Origin: Haliotis rubra
Lineage: Eukaryota
Length of the DNA: 64,000 nucleotides
Direction: 5' to 3'
Assembly: GCF_003918875.1 (NCBI RefSeq)
Contig: NW_025765958.1
Coordinates: 248,001 to 312,000 of the forward strand
Positions 1 through 12,339 of this stretch are shown piece by piece (positions within the stretch are counted from its first letter, which is position 1; each line of letters starts with the position of its first letter). Both the position numbers and the translations under genes were made by a program. The notes under the pieces are model-generated. The model had not been told where the DNA came from. It was given only the letters and a program-made list of their open reading frames with translations, and did no database searches.

Positions 1-1469
1 AGGCATGGAGCTGAATGCGGCGTCCCTATGGGACCAGCATGGCATGGGAAGAGCAACAACGTTCTTTATGCCTGACTTTATTCTGTTGTTGAATGCCACC
101 CACTGAGCAAGTCGTGTTTCGCAAATTACCTGCCTTTCTCTGGTGCACATTAACATCGACCATGTGAATATTACATGCAGTCATTATTGGCTATTCGTAT
201 TCGGTTCACACTGAAACAACCTTTTAGCTGTTGTACAATTCATTATGAGAAACCTTCAGAATGTTAAGAAGGATTTGGTCATATAACAGTTTCAGTCAAT
301 CGGGATGTTATTTGAAATGCACAGGATTAAGTTGGGGTACCACTGACACACATTTCAAATGAATGTAACACGTGTAACGTGTAGTGCCATTCAGAGAATG
401 GAACTGAGCTAATGAAAAGGTAGCAGGTGTCTCATGGGGGCACTTTCCACTCTAGCATCTATCCTTGAAAACCTGGTCATGATGGAACAATTCATAGCAC
501 TGAATAGCGTTTCCTGCCATGTAAGACACAAGAGTTGGGTCGATATGAAACGTTAATGGAACACGTGCTACAGTCTGCTAAGACGTCGGATTCGTGCCAT
601 ATATAATTACGCTGTCCATTCTTGTTATCTATGTGTCAAACTTTCGTACCTGAAATATTAGAAACATACATGTATGGAAGGTTACAACATGTATGAATCA
701 TACCTGCTTGGCAATGAAACAGGAATCTGTATTGAAACGTCGCACCGCCTGTATAAAGAAGTTTGTCTTTATGTATGAATCAAGTTCGGCGAGAAATACA
801 AGTCACAGATATTTACACGTGTGTTAAGTGAGAAATTCAAAACGTTGACGTTATCAATCTGATATGTTTATTTTGCCATGTTACTATCATAACATTGACA
901 AACTCAATCTTACAGTTCATGTTCATATTGGATCTGGCATTGTGTTCCTTAGAGAAATACGTGATTAGGTACGCAGTCTGATCCAATATGAAAGTGAATT
1001 TGTTCCCCATTATTCTTCTTCCGATCAAGCAGATCAGATTGTAGATGCGGAAGTGTCTGCACAGCGGGGAAACTATGGGCTTGTGTGCAAAGTTCCCGCT
1101 GCTGAAGATTAGGATGCGTTTCCTGGGAAGCTATATTTGCAAAAGAAAGTAAAATAATCTCACGATCTTGACTGTTTATACAAAACACGATCCCGTTTTA
1201 CAGATCTGGGAATTGAGAAAATCCCTTTATGCCAGATATGAAAAGGGTCTGCAGCCTGTTTATAATAGCGTCTTATATTAGGCATGTATGTCTTGACCTT
1301 TGTTTTTATTATGTCAGATAATCAAAATATATACAAACTACGCAATGGCGCTTCATGGAAACACAATTAGCCATTTTGTAAAAACTGTTTTATATATATG
1401 AGTAGTTCCTTCAATGTTTTGGCTTTGGTCAATATATCCTCCTGAAGAGAAGCCTGACGTACCCTCCCG

Positions 1470-1558
1470 TATATATATGGCGGCGGTCTGTAAATAATCG
1501 CGTTTGGACCAGACAATCCAGTGATCAACAGCATGAGCATCGATCTGCGCAACTGGGC
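1470..1558 (-). mobile_element. Internal/3' fragment of SINE family B
   Basis: Reverse complement matches 45054-45137 of the complete family-B copy (gcgcagatcgatgctcatgctgttgatcactggattgtctggtcca...gattatttacagaccgccgccatata). Confidence 0.85.
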
Positions 1559-1996
1559 CAAATTTGATGCAGATTGTAGCAGTGGGCCTCTTTGGAAAAC
1601 AACTACTAATATGGGGCGTTTGATATTTTATGAAAATTCGATGGGGTAAATAATTAATGCTTCATACAAAAAGAAACGTTTAATGTGATTAAACGTTGTA
1701 TTCCTGAATTGACTAAATGAGCAAACCACTATTTGCCAGTACAAATGCAGAGGCAGTATAATTCAAGAGCAGTGATTATAGCAATAATGAGAATGATGGT
1801 AATATTTACTCTCAGCAGAAGTAATCTAACTTCCAACTAGGACCAGGCAGTGATTATCCAGAGTATGATATTTGCATACAATATTGCTAAAAGCGGCGTA
1901 AAACAAAACTCTCACTCACTCACATATAATGCTGGTCATTATGTCGCTTGAGATGTAATGTGCGATAAGAGATAGTGGCCAGCATCCTTATACAAT

Positions 1997-2027
1997 GGGG
2001 GTGGGGTGGGGGTGGGGGTGGGTGGGT
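1997..2027 (+). repeat. (GGGGT)n G-rich microsatellite, potential G-quadruplex
   Basis: Six G-runs of 3 or more, separated by single T. Confidence 0.7.
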
Positions 2028-2254
2028 TGGTTCAGGAGGTTTCATAAGCCAGAAAATTCCTGGGTCCGATTATGTAATATACTTAAGAAAAGGCCAAGAA
2101 CATTGTACAGTATTCCCAGAGTCACAATATAGCACACCAATGCCTCTCGCTGATTCTACAGGTACAATGTATAACGGGTAAAACATTGTTGCCGAACGTA
2201 TAACACTGCCTCATAATATAATGAAGCCAGTGGTTGCATACATATAACACAAAC

Positions 2255-2791
2255 CCGAAACTGGTGTCGATAACTAAAGAAAGTTGATAATTCAACACTA
2301 GACGGATTATACCTTCCCCGAGTACATTATGAAACCATATATGCACATTTAAACTGGTGTACACCGAAACTGGTGTCGATAACTGGAGAAAGTTGATAAT
2401 TCAACATTACACTGATTATACCTTCCCCGAGTACATTATGAAACCATATATGTACATTTAAACTGGTGTACACCGAAACTGGTGTCGATAACTGGAGAAA
2501 GTTGATAATTCAACACTAGACTGATTATGCCTTCCCCTGAGTACATTATGAAACCATATATGTACATTTTAACTGGGGTACACCGAAACTGATGTCGATA
2601 ACTGGAGAAAGTTGATTATTCAACACTAGACTGATTATACCTTCCCGTGAGTATATTATGAAACCATATATGCACATTTAAACTGGTGTACACCGAAACT
2701 GGTGTCGATAACTGGAGAAAGTTGATAATTCAACACTGGACAGATTATGCCTTCCCCTGAGTACATTATGAAACCATATATGTACATTTAA
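2255..2791. repeat. Tandem repeat, about 5 copies of a 109-110 bp unit
   Basis: The motif ccgaaactg recurs at 2255, 2364, 2473, 2583 and 2693; units differ by few substitutions. Confidence 0.95.
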
Positions 2792-4403
2792 GTATCATCT
2801 TCGTAGATGTATGTATCTTCTACGTGACTGAAAGTATTATCTATGCGATGTTAAAAGGGTTTTAGACCATGGCATTGGTTCGCTTCCACAAACAATAGAG
2901 CCCGTAAGTAGGTCACGGCAATTCGCGAGAGATGACGTTGTTTAGTACTTCCGGTGACAAACAACGTTTTTCGGCAATGGCGATAACACTGTTACATGGG
3001 ACATGCCGTGGATAATCATACTCGACACTCGCTGTGTGACTCAGAAACCTATGCCATGTAACAGACTATGGACTGCTAAAGCACTAAGGCAATGTTGCAT
3101 GAATAGCACGTGAATATTTGCCAAACAGATGCAGATTTGTCAAGGCGTCGTCTTCAGGCTGGCCCATTCATTAGTCGAGGTAAGTCTATTTGTTACATGG
3201 ATTTCTTTGTTTTCATTTAAAGGCTGGTATTGCTTAAGCATGGTACGCACAGTAATGGTGGAGTTGACAGATTGGTGAATCGTTTGATTGCATTTGATAT
3301 CTTACAATGGGATTTATTGTCCCTCGGAGAGGGTATGTAAGACCTAATAAAATATGGCAGGCAGGTATCCTGTATAATGCATGTGTACCCAAAAAACTGT
3401 GTTAATAAATAAAGTATCTTGCAGTTGGAATTATCCAGAAGATAACTTAATGTGCAATGAAAATCCAAGTGTAATTCTAAAAAAATAAATGTAATGAATT
3501 AAATAATAATTTAATAGCGCGTAAACAATGATGATTATATCCACACTTTGATTGATACCAATAGCTCTGAATAGGTGTCTCTCACAAATGTATTCTGTAA
3601 TATGAACTTGATTAAAATATTATTACAACCCCATTTAGCATTTGGTTATGGTGCAGCATGTTCAGTTAAACATAACATCCACACGCTTAATTTATCAATA
3701 ATATATATGTCAACTTTGTAAGGAACTGTTTACATTTTTTAAGTATATCATACCTGGTCTCACGTGTGTTATGTATTTTTTGCAGTTGGAACAGATGCAC
3801 ATCTTTAAGAGGAGAAAGAAGGAGGAATATATTTCTTTATCACCACAATTACCATTGACATCAAGAGCAACACAAACTCAAACAGATCTTCAGATTTCTT
3901 TTAACATCTGGTGGTCAAGCAATATACATTGCCAATGAAGAAACAGCAAGTCATTGAAGTGTTGTATATACAGTTATAAAACATATTAAAGCCCTACACA
4001 TCATCCTTTGGACACTTGCTGGAACAGGAAATGCTTGTAACCAGCAAGGTGTTGTGGAAAGTCTTGTGAGATCTTGGGACTCTCAGATAATTCAGTGAGA
4101 ATTAAGATGAGTGACCATGAAAGAACATTTGTATTCCAGATGGTACTGTTACAGTATTTTTTCAGGTTTAGCATCTGGGAAATACAAAGAATGTTTGATA
4201 TGTTGTGATTAATTATGTCTTTGGAATAAAATTGCAGAATAGTTCTAAAACTTGTTTATTGTTCTTTAAGTGTGGATAAAGCAAGCACAAATTGAATGGT
4301 TTGGAAGATTTCTGCTTTTTAACCAAGATATTGATTTGACAGTAAATATATAACGATGATTAGATAGGAGATTAGATTTTCAGTGTATATCAAAGGTTTC
4401 CAA

Positions 4404-4566
4404 GTGAGAGAGTTGGGTTTTGCACCGCTTTTAGCAATATTCCAGCAACATCATGCTGGGGAGAGCAGCAATGGGCTTCACACTTTGCACACGTGTGGGG
4501 AATCAAACCCGGGCCTTCAGTGTGACAAGTGTCAACAGTAAAACCACTAGGTTACCCTACTACTCC
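4404..4566 (-). mobile_element. Diverged tRNA-head SINE family A copy
   Basis: Reverse-complement similarity to 19269-19431 over its length. Confidence 0.85.
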
Positions 4567-5938
4567 AGTTTCCATGAAAAAAACATGCTTACCAATTAAA
4601 ATTAAACTTAATCAATGGCATAGGCATGTGATTCTACATGACATGGGATTTTTGTTGAAATATGAAATTCTTTGTTTTTATTTGCTGTAAGATTACAACA
4701 CTGGTTCATAGCACAATAACCAGTACACATTATTCTTTTCCATTGTTTTAAAACATATTGGTCTAACTGTATAGTGGAAAATATGGAGTGCCAGTTACCA
4801 ACCCTGGCCTCATTGGTAGAGTATTTGGAATATATAAGTTACGAAAAATGGGTGAAAAACACTATATTACATGACAAGTAATCATACTCATGCTGCTATC
4901 AGCCAGTGTCTGCAGAATCGACAATCATGACATAGTATATATGCACATTTAGTTTCCCCATGTATTGGTCAGTACATTTTACAATACAGGAAATGTCTCT
5001 GAGTGATTACTCCATATTTGAGTGTATTTGGTCTTGCATTTTTGCCAATTGTGACTTGAAGGTGCTGTGTGCTGCTTCATATTTTGCTTACAGCATAGCA
5101 GAACCTCACCCCTGCATAACCAAGAACTAAGTAACACTCATGTACTTTAGATCATAGTACATAGTTCACTCACTCCAAGACATCTAGTACAAAGTGTAAT
5201 TAATATTGTCTAACAACCAGTTTTTATATATCACACCACTAAAATATTGTTTACATAATTTGATAAATAATTGTTTCATGATGAATATTCATATGGCTGA
5301 GGGTTTTCACATTTTTGTTTTGAATATCTGACAGTAGTAACCGAAATAATTGTAACCATGCCATCAAGGTTATTTTGTCGAGCTGTTGATTGATTTGTGA
5401 CACTATGACTTAAATGGGAAAGTTCATATATTTATATATTTTTTTATAATGTTACAAGAACTGCTATTTATTCCAGGGATTGGGAAAGGCAGGGGCCGTT
5501 TTGCACATTAGAATACAAATGCCCCGTTAAAATTTTGAAGTTTACTATTGATATAAGGGCAGTGGCCCATTCTAAATTCAGAAAATGGCTAATAATCCTG
5601 ATATTGTCGAAGGTCTCAATCCCAATCCCTGTATTCAATATAACATTATCAGTATATTTACAGCATGGCAAAAAAACAATTTGACACATGCAGATCCCTG
5701 TCATCTATCCAAAGTAAAATTTATAATGCATTTCCTTTCACATTTGCAAAGCAACAAACAATTTATTTCTTGTATCTTTGAGTCATTCTGTCACCTGAAC
5801 TTGCATACAGTCATCCCTTGGACTTGGAAGAGAGTAAAATTATTAAGCCTACCAACTAGTTTACAAAGTATTTATATTAGTACCTCAAGTATTTATAAAC
5901 ATGCATTTTACATTGCATAAAGGCAATTGTCTCTATTG

Positions 5939-6070
5939 AATATTTTGTAACTATTCCAAATTAAAAAAGTATTTTTTACATATCAACATAGGAACTACTT
6001 GATCTCAACAAATATAAATATATTGAATATGTAAAAAATAGTTTTTAATTTGGAATAGTTACAAAATATT
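5939..6070. repeat. AT-rich inverted repeat, about 50-bp arms and 30-bp spacer
   Basis: aatattttgtaactattccaaattaaaaa...tattttttacatat is the reverse complement of 6021-6070. Confidence 0.9.
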
Positions 6071-6710
6071 GCTGAAGCATAACAAATGTATTTAGAAAAT
6101 AAATAACAAATTAAACAAACAAAAATATTCTAATTTGGATTACATACTTTAATTGTAAAGGGAAATGATAGAGTCAATGTGGCCAAATATGAATAGAACA
6201 TCAACTTGATAAAGTTGGTAATACATGGCTGTTTTATGAAGAGCAGTATATTAATTAATAGTTTTATTAATTCAATATAAATACAGTTTACTCAAATGCA
6301 TTTTACGTTAATCATGTCATTGATTCCCGAAATATGTTTTGTGACAAACACTGTCCGCGATACTGAAAAGAAACACATTTAGCGATAGAACTGCACTGGT
6401 TGTCAAGAATATAATATAGCTAAAGAAAGGTACTCATATGTTTTCGAACTGACTCATGGTTGTCGGTTGTCAGTAAGGAACCGATTCTCCTTGAAGGAAT
6501 AATAGTTTTTCGATCTTATCGTCCCCAAATGATCCAATTATTACGAATGACACCAGCTGTGACAGCCAAGCATGGTAGTACACTTGGTCCGGTCTAGTAA
6601 GGTCATATTAGGCGGTCGCGCAATTTGGCACCACAACTGGTTCTTGCGTATTCGCTTGTCACCGGAAATTTAGTAGCGGAAGTAGCGCCTCGCGAGACTT
6701 ACGGGCCCTA

Positions 6711-7205
6711 TACTTGAGGGCAAAATCGTCATTGATGTGGGTTTGAAACATACTTAGGTTACTTATACATATGAGTTTTTAAAAAAAGCGGTTTTGCAGC
6801 TGTTTTTGAAATAAGAACAATCTCTTCAAACAAAATCCTTCAACCTCAAGATGCTCCTCTTAAAGAAAAGAAGTTCTAAATGCATCTTACTAATTTGAAT
6901 TGTGTATTGTGAATCTACATTTACGTACGGAACATACAACACAGAATTACTTTCTCCTGAGTTTCATAAGACAGATAACAAATAAATGTGAAGGTGATGG
7001 GGTTCGTTTTCTCTGGAGCATCATCTTGACGTCACTGAAGTGTAGGTTTATATAACCTAAGAGTCATTGACGTCATAAAGTAGGTTGACAGCTACTCGTA
7101 CTTTCATAAAGCGAAATGTCAGTTGTTTCTTGGCAGTGTTAGTTTACATGATGGAAGTAGATGAATTTGGATTAAAACAATCATTTCACTGATATCACTG
7201 TGAGC
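6711..7205 (+). repeat. Local direct duplication, paralogous to 18024-18397 and 19168-19243
   Basis: Long shared blocks, e.g. tattgtgaatctacatttacgtacggaacata and ttcataaagcgaaatgtcagtt. Confidence 0.9.
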
Positions 7206-8676
7206 TGTACAGAGTCAAACTAATTGTGTCGTACTCTGATACGTCCCGTCAAGGGAATAATTGCAATTCAAGTAGATTGATGTCAAGGATGACGATATGT
7301 CGTTAGTGTGTCAAAACAAGGGAGGGAACTGAAGGGAATCGAATGTATATGTTGAGGTGATCTTGTACAACTCTGCTGTTTTCGGAGATTTCTTATCATT
7401 ATGGGAATGATTTAGTCAATTCAATCTTAAGAAAATCAGTTTGAACATATCAGACGAGTTTATGGATGGCAACTTCTTGTTTATTCTTCAGGTGATTCAA
7501 GACAGATGTAGAAAGCAAACTATATATACCAGATTTATAATCAGTCACAGAGGCCCGATCAAAAGCAATCTAAAAACAATGATATTTGGGATAAGGTAAA
7601 GCCAGTTGACACCAATAATGAGGAAAATTGTCAAGTTGAGGAAAATTGAAAATTGTAAATCTAATTGTTACTTAATTAGCTGTATATCACTCTGCTGTAT
7701 CCACATCTTTTTATCCTCATTGTTTGTGTCAGTTTGCCGTCCCTTTTATACAAAATGTTTGTTTCTATTGTGCAAAACCAATTCTTCATGTAAAAGTCAT
7801 TCTTCACGTTTGCTCTCGGAATCGTCATTACAATGTTAGGCCTTTCCAATTTAAATCGATCATTTTCTCACATAAACCATTTCTTCCATGCCATTATTGG
7901 ATGTGAGTGAATATCTGTATCTCACAATCAGGTCCAATTTTAAAAACAATAAGTTAATTGTACTCCGAGATTCTGATTGCATTCACGTGTTTGTGTTTCA
8001 CTGATTCCCGGAACGATGATGGAAATTATTAATAACACGATTTTTATGTATTGAGCCGTAGCTCAACTCGTCTGCAGATTAATACGATTGGTTTGTGGAT
8101 GAATTTTCAGAGAACTCGCTTCAAATGGACCTGATTCAGATTTTTTTTCGGTATAGTATTGTAGGCCATCCGCCCTGTATGCAACATGGTCCATATACAG
8201 TGATACATTACAAAGAACTTATACAAGTACACCAAGGTGAAGATTTCAGGCATGGGGGATATAACAGACCTATAAATTGATCTGCATTGATTATTGTTGC
8301 CGATTTGTTCCAGGGATTTGAACAAGAAAAAGGAACACTTCATCTGCGACTTAACCCAAATACCATCGTTATAAAGAGAACGAAACAGGTCCTACTGACA
8401 ATCAGGATCTGAAGCTAACCTTATTAACGAGTTGAGCATCCTCCTTTGCACTGACAGTAGTGTCAGCACGTGGATGAGTTTGGTTTTACTCCTGTACACG
8501 GAATAGTACGACGTATTTGCCAAAGACGGTGGTGTCTTGAGACAAATTCTATTTTGTGTAAAAAGCAAACTAGCTGCGAAAATTGTATAAACAGATGCCA
8601 GTCAGCTCCCCCAAGAGATATAATCGTTTTGCAACACAGGGGGAGGGACCTATTCCGAAATGTTTGGCTGCCAGGG

Positions 8677-9076
8677 TATCAATCAAGGTCTGCTACAAAA
8701 TCTTTTCAATTAACCCTGGTGGTATTTTTGCTTAAACCTTGCTAGAATAATATGTTTTACAGCCTATCTATGTATTCAATAACAGTGTAATCTAATTATA
8801 TAGTATTCAACATTCTACACGTACTTTGATTTCTGCATCTACTTTTGTTCCAAGTTCCACGACGGCTTCTAGTTGTCCGATGCGTAACCCGCTCAGAGAC
8901 CGCGGCTTCCACAAATATGAAACGGTGGATGAGCGGGTTGGGAGGCTGAGTTTGTGTGCTGGCGACTAGGTGCCAGACTCTGAGGGTGGGGGTTCGAATC
9001 CCGGATGGGACGCAAACGAACAAAAGTACTAAAGTCTTTACATTACTGGGAAAGTGTAATCCCAAACATAACATAT
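8677..9076 (+). mobile_element. Repeat family C with a tRNA-like (A/B-box) segment
   Basis: B-box ggttcgaatcc at about 8991-9001. The 3' part aagtgtaatcccaaa recurs at 22747 and in 27097-27255. The upstream part 8677-8845 recurs inverted at about 22830-23000. Confidence 0.6.
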
Positions 9077-9912
9077 GTTTTTTGTTCAGATTTACAACAA
9101 TGAATGTCCCACTGAAGGTTTCAAAACGTTTTAAATATGACTATTACATAATATGTGATGCAATTCCCCGTTTGACGTGATATAATGCTCTCCAGTTTCT
9201 TTTTTTGCAAATGTAAACAATTGATTCAACTTGGAATGTGTATGTGACGCCTGCTGCGATTGTGAGAGAAAACGCTCATCTTATCTCGAGCAGCCAGTTT
9301 CCTTCACGATTTGAGGCGATTCAAAAACATATGCTTATAACATAGACGGAATCGTGCAAAGGAGATTTCGTATGACATGGAAGGTTATTTTTTTTTTGGG
9401 GGGTGGGGGGGTGGTGGTGGTATTTTTTGTGTTTTGTAATTATCCAACAGAGGCATTGTGCAAGCAGCGAGTCACCGACAAAACATGTCTACTTGTTATC
9501 TTCTCTCATAAAATTAGTAACTAGTTTCTTTGATTTCCCGTTGTAGTCCAGTAGCTAATAGACATTTTCAATGCTAGGCATTTTAGGCCCCACAGTACTT
9601 TTTATCAGTAAATGTTAGGTAAATGATCATGAAACAACTGGATGCCTACGTTCCACACTTGAGGGTCTTCAAAATAATATGTTAAAATACACCTCTGGAA
9701 TCTCAGTCGTGGACCATGTGGAGACGAAATAAGTTGTGGAGTAAATAGCACAAAAGTGAGTGCCTCCTGATAAGTGTGCTTACATTAGCTTTTCAGCTTT
9801 AACCTCATCTGTACACATAATCTAGCACATGTATTGTTGACATTTATAAGAGTACAATTTCATGTTTGCGAACAAGATGCAAATATATGCATGGAACAAA
9901 TGTCGCCATTGA

Positions 9913-9944
9913 ATATATATTTATATATATATCTAGATCTAGAT

Positions 9945-9979
<35 letters not shown>

Positions 9980-9980
9980 T
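9913..9980. repeat. (TA)n/(TAGA)n microsatellite
   Basis: Direct reading. Confidence 0.95.
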
Positions 9981-10554
9981 AAATTTCATGAAAACTATAG
10001 ATTCTAAGTTTTGAACATCTATCCTTACAAACATGGTGTCACTATTGGCTATGCAAATAAGGAAGAGTTATATTTCAGTATTTGCTGTCAATTGATACAT
10101 AGATAGATCAAGGTGATTATTTACTGAAGATAACATTTCTCTGTGAACTACAGTTTAACATCAACCGTAAACGGACACGTTCTTTTTGGCAATATGAACC
10201 CATATATATTAGTTAACATATTTTTTGCATGTCTATATCAGTGACTGACGTGTTTATTTGGTGTTTACGGTATCGAAATAGCATTGATCATTTTGGGAAC
10301 CTTTAGTTATTTTTGTCAGATGTTTTCCTATTTAAAAACAACATAAATTATCTTTTCTTTCTTCAATTTCAGGCTTATTTGGGGGAATGTTTAATTAAGC
10401 TGGCTGGCTGTTATAGTACCCTAACCAGAAACTGATTTCTCATAACTTATCTATTGCCGCGAAACGATAGTATAGTCTGCATTTGGGAATTGACCAAAAC
10501 GTGGTTTTTCTTTGAAAAAAACTAAACATTATTTCACCTCAAACCCAGCGTAGC

Positions 10555-11200
10555 TACTTACACAATAAAGGCCCGTCTCAAAGCAAAACAACAGCGGCTA
10601 TACTTGTTCAAGCACATGTTATATCCCAGCTTGATTACTACAACTCATATTCTGTGGACTACCTCAAAACATTATTGTAAAGCTTCAAAGAGTTCAGAAT
10701 GCAGCTGCAAGGGTTGTCAGTCGTACAATCAAACATGACCACAGTACTCCTATACTCAAGGAACTACACTGGTTGCTGGTGTGCTTCAGAGTTCAGTTCA
10801 AGATTCTGACTTTGATCTTCAAGGCAAAACATGGCCTAGCAACACCATACATCTGCGACCTTGTCGTCTTCCATCTCGGTCTTTACGTTTAAGCTCTCAG
10901 AATCTCCTGTGTCTCATAAAACTACGCACCAGTTCTTATGCTAAAAGGTTGTTTGCCTGTGAACCGAATACGAATATCCAAAGGTATTTTTTTCCAAGGC
11001 TGGTCCCGTACTGTGGAATTCAATCCCAGACAATCTCATGAACATTCAGACACTCAACAACTTTAAGTCTAATTTCGAAAACTCACTTCTTCGAAATGGC
11101 ATACAACTGAAAACTTGTGTCAGAGCTCCTCTAAGCGCCTTTGAGCAGACTTTCACGGACTGAAATCAGACGTTATATAAATGATTACTTTGTTTGATTG
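10555..11200 (+). mobile_element. 5'-truncated L2-clade LINE relic (ORF2 C-terminus and tail)
   Basis: Translates to LVQAHVISQLDYYNS..KLQRVQNAAARVV..HSTPILKELHWL..RVQFKILTL, followed by an L2-type gcgcctttgag..tatataaatg tail. Confidence 0.9.
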
Positions 11201-12037
11201 ATTTATTGAAACGACTTACAAATGTACGTTCATCCATCCAAACAGAGAATGTGTCGTACAGACTATTGTACATGAGAACATGTAAAATTGCAAAATACAA
11301 TAGATGGATGGTGGAAGAGATCTATCCTTTGCGCAGAACTGCAGGTGGTGGAGAGACATTTTTCAAGAATACGTCCTGGGATATGTGACATACGACAGGA
11401 TAAGTGGGGATATACGACTGCAACTAGATGGACCCATGGGCGATGTTCATGCTGCAGAAGTCATATAGCATAACGAGGTAAACACCATTTATTGCCCTTA
11501 AAGTTGTATAATTAGCCACTTCAAAATTGAGTGAGTGAGTGAGATATTATTTAGCGTCACATCGGCAATATCCCAGCCATATCGTGACGAGAACAATTCA
11601 GCCTACATCAACATGAAAATAAAAAAAAGTTAGAACACAAAAACCTGTCACCGAAGGACAGTAAAAATACTAGAGTATCACAGCTATATAAGTTTATAAC
11701 CAGTACACTATCGCAAAATTAAATCAATATAGACAGTACAAAATACAAATGGGCTATAGATCACCAACAACTGAAGGTAGATCACCATACTAGGGGCCAC
11801 GGGGACTTACAGTACCTTTGCTACCTAGTTGACCCTACCTGGATTTACACCATCCCTTCAGCCATTGGTGATTGAAGACAAATCTAGCCATAAAGTAAAA
11901 GCACACATATTCTACGATTAAAAAGTGGCAAGTTTAAATTTACTCTAAATGTGTTGGGACTTACGTACCCTCTCAGGAGGACAATAAGTTTACAATACTT
12001 TAAACCCCTTTGAGGGTACAGCCACTAACAATCGAAG

Positions 12038-12271
12038 GACAAAATATCTACCACAATATTACTATTCACATCCTACCATGTTTAAATATTAATTTGATAA
12101 TGAACTCTAATAATACAACTTATATTCGTAAACTATGTATGTATATCCACGATGCTTTTGAACAAAGAAAATAACGTTTGCAAACATTGTGATTGTATGC
12201 CATTATTGTTTTTATATTTTGTACTATAGGCCTGTGGCCTCTTCAGTAATGGAATAAAGAGATTGTTTTTG
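12038..12271 (+). mobile_element. 3' fragment of an RTEX-like LINE nested in the Nimb 3' UTR
   Basis: 8-bp TSD aatcgaag (12030-12037 and 12272-12279). Encodes KYLPQYYYSHPTMFKY..IRKLCMYIHDAFEQRK*. The 3' motif ggcctgtggcct..aataaag is shared with 33689-33716. Confidence 0.85.
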
Positions 12272-12339
12272 AATCGAAGTTGATAATCTAAACTACCAAT
12301 TATGAAACCTTATCTATTTACAACACACTTATCAAAATT

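Larger units (their letters stand above)
2897..6709. mobile_element. 3.8-kb non-autonomous TIR DNA transposon (ISL2EU/PIF-Harbinger-like)
   Basis: Termini AGAGCCCGTAAGT / ACTTACGGGCCCT, inverted subterminal TCGCGAG and TTCCGGTGACAA motifs, AT on both sides. A paralogous empty site is at 18012-18034. The superfamily is inferred from the AT target only. Confidence 0.75.

Noticed and set aside
700-770. Penelope-type hammerhead-like end (gaaacgtcg..ataaagaag)
   Set aside because: No CUGANGA core or stem II.
2255-2791. CRISPR array or tandem hammerhead retrozyme
   Set aside because: No unique spacers and eukaryotic context. GAAAC..GUC is present but CUGANGA is not in register.
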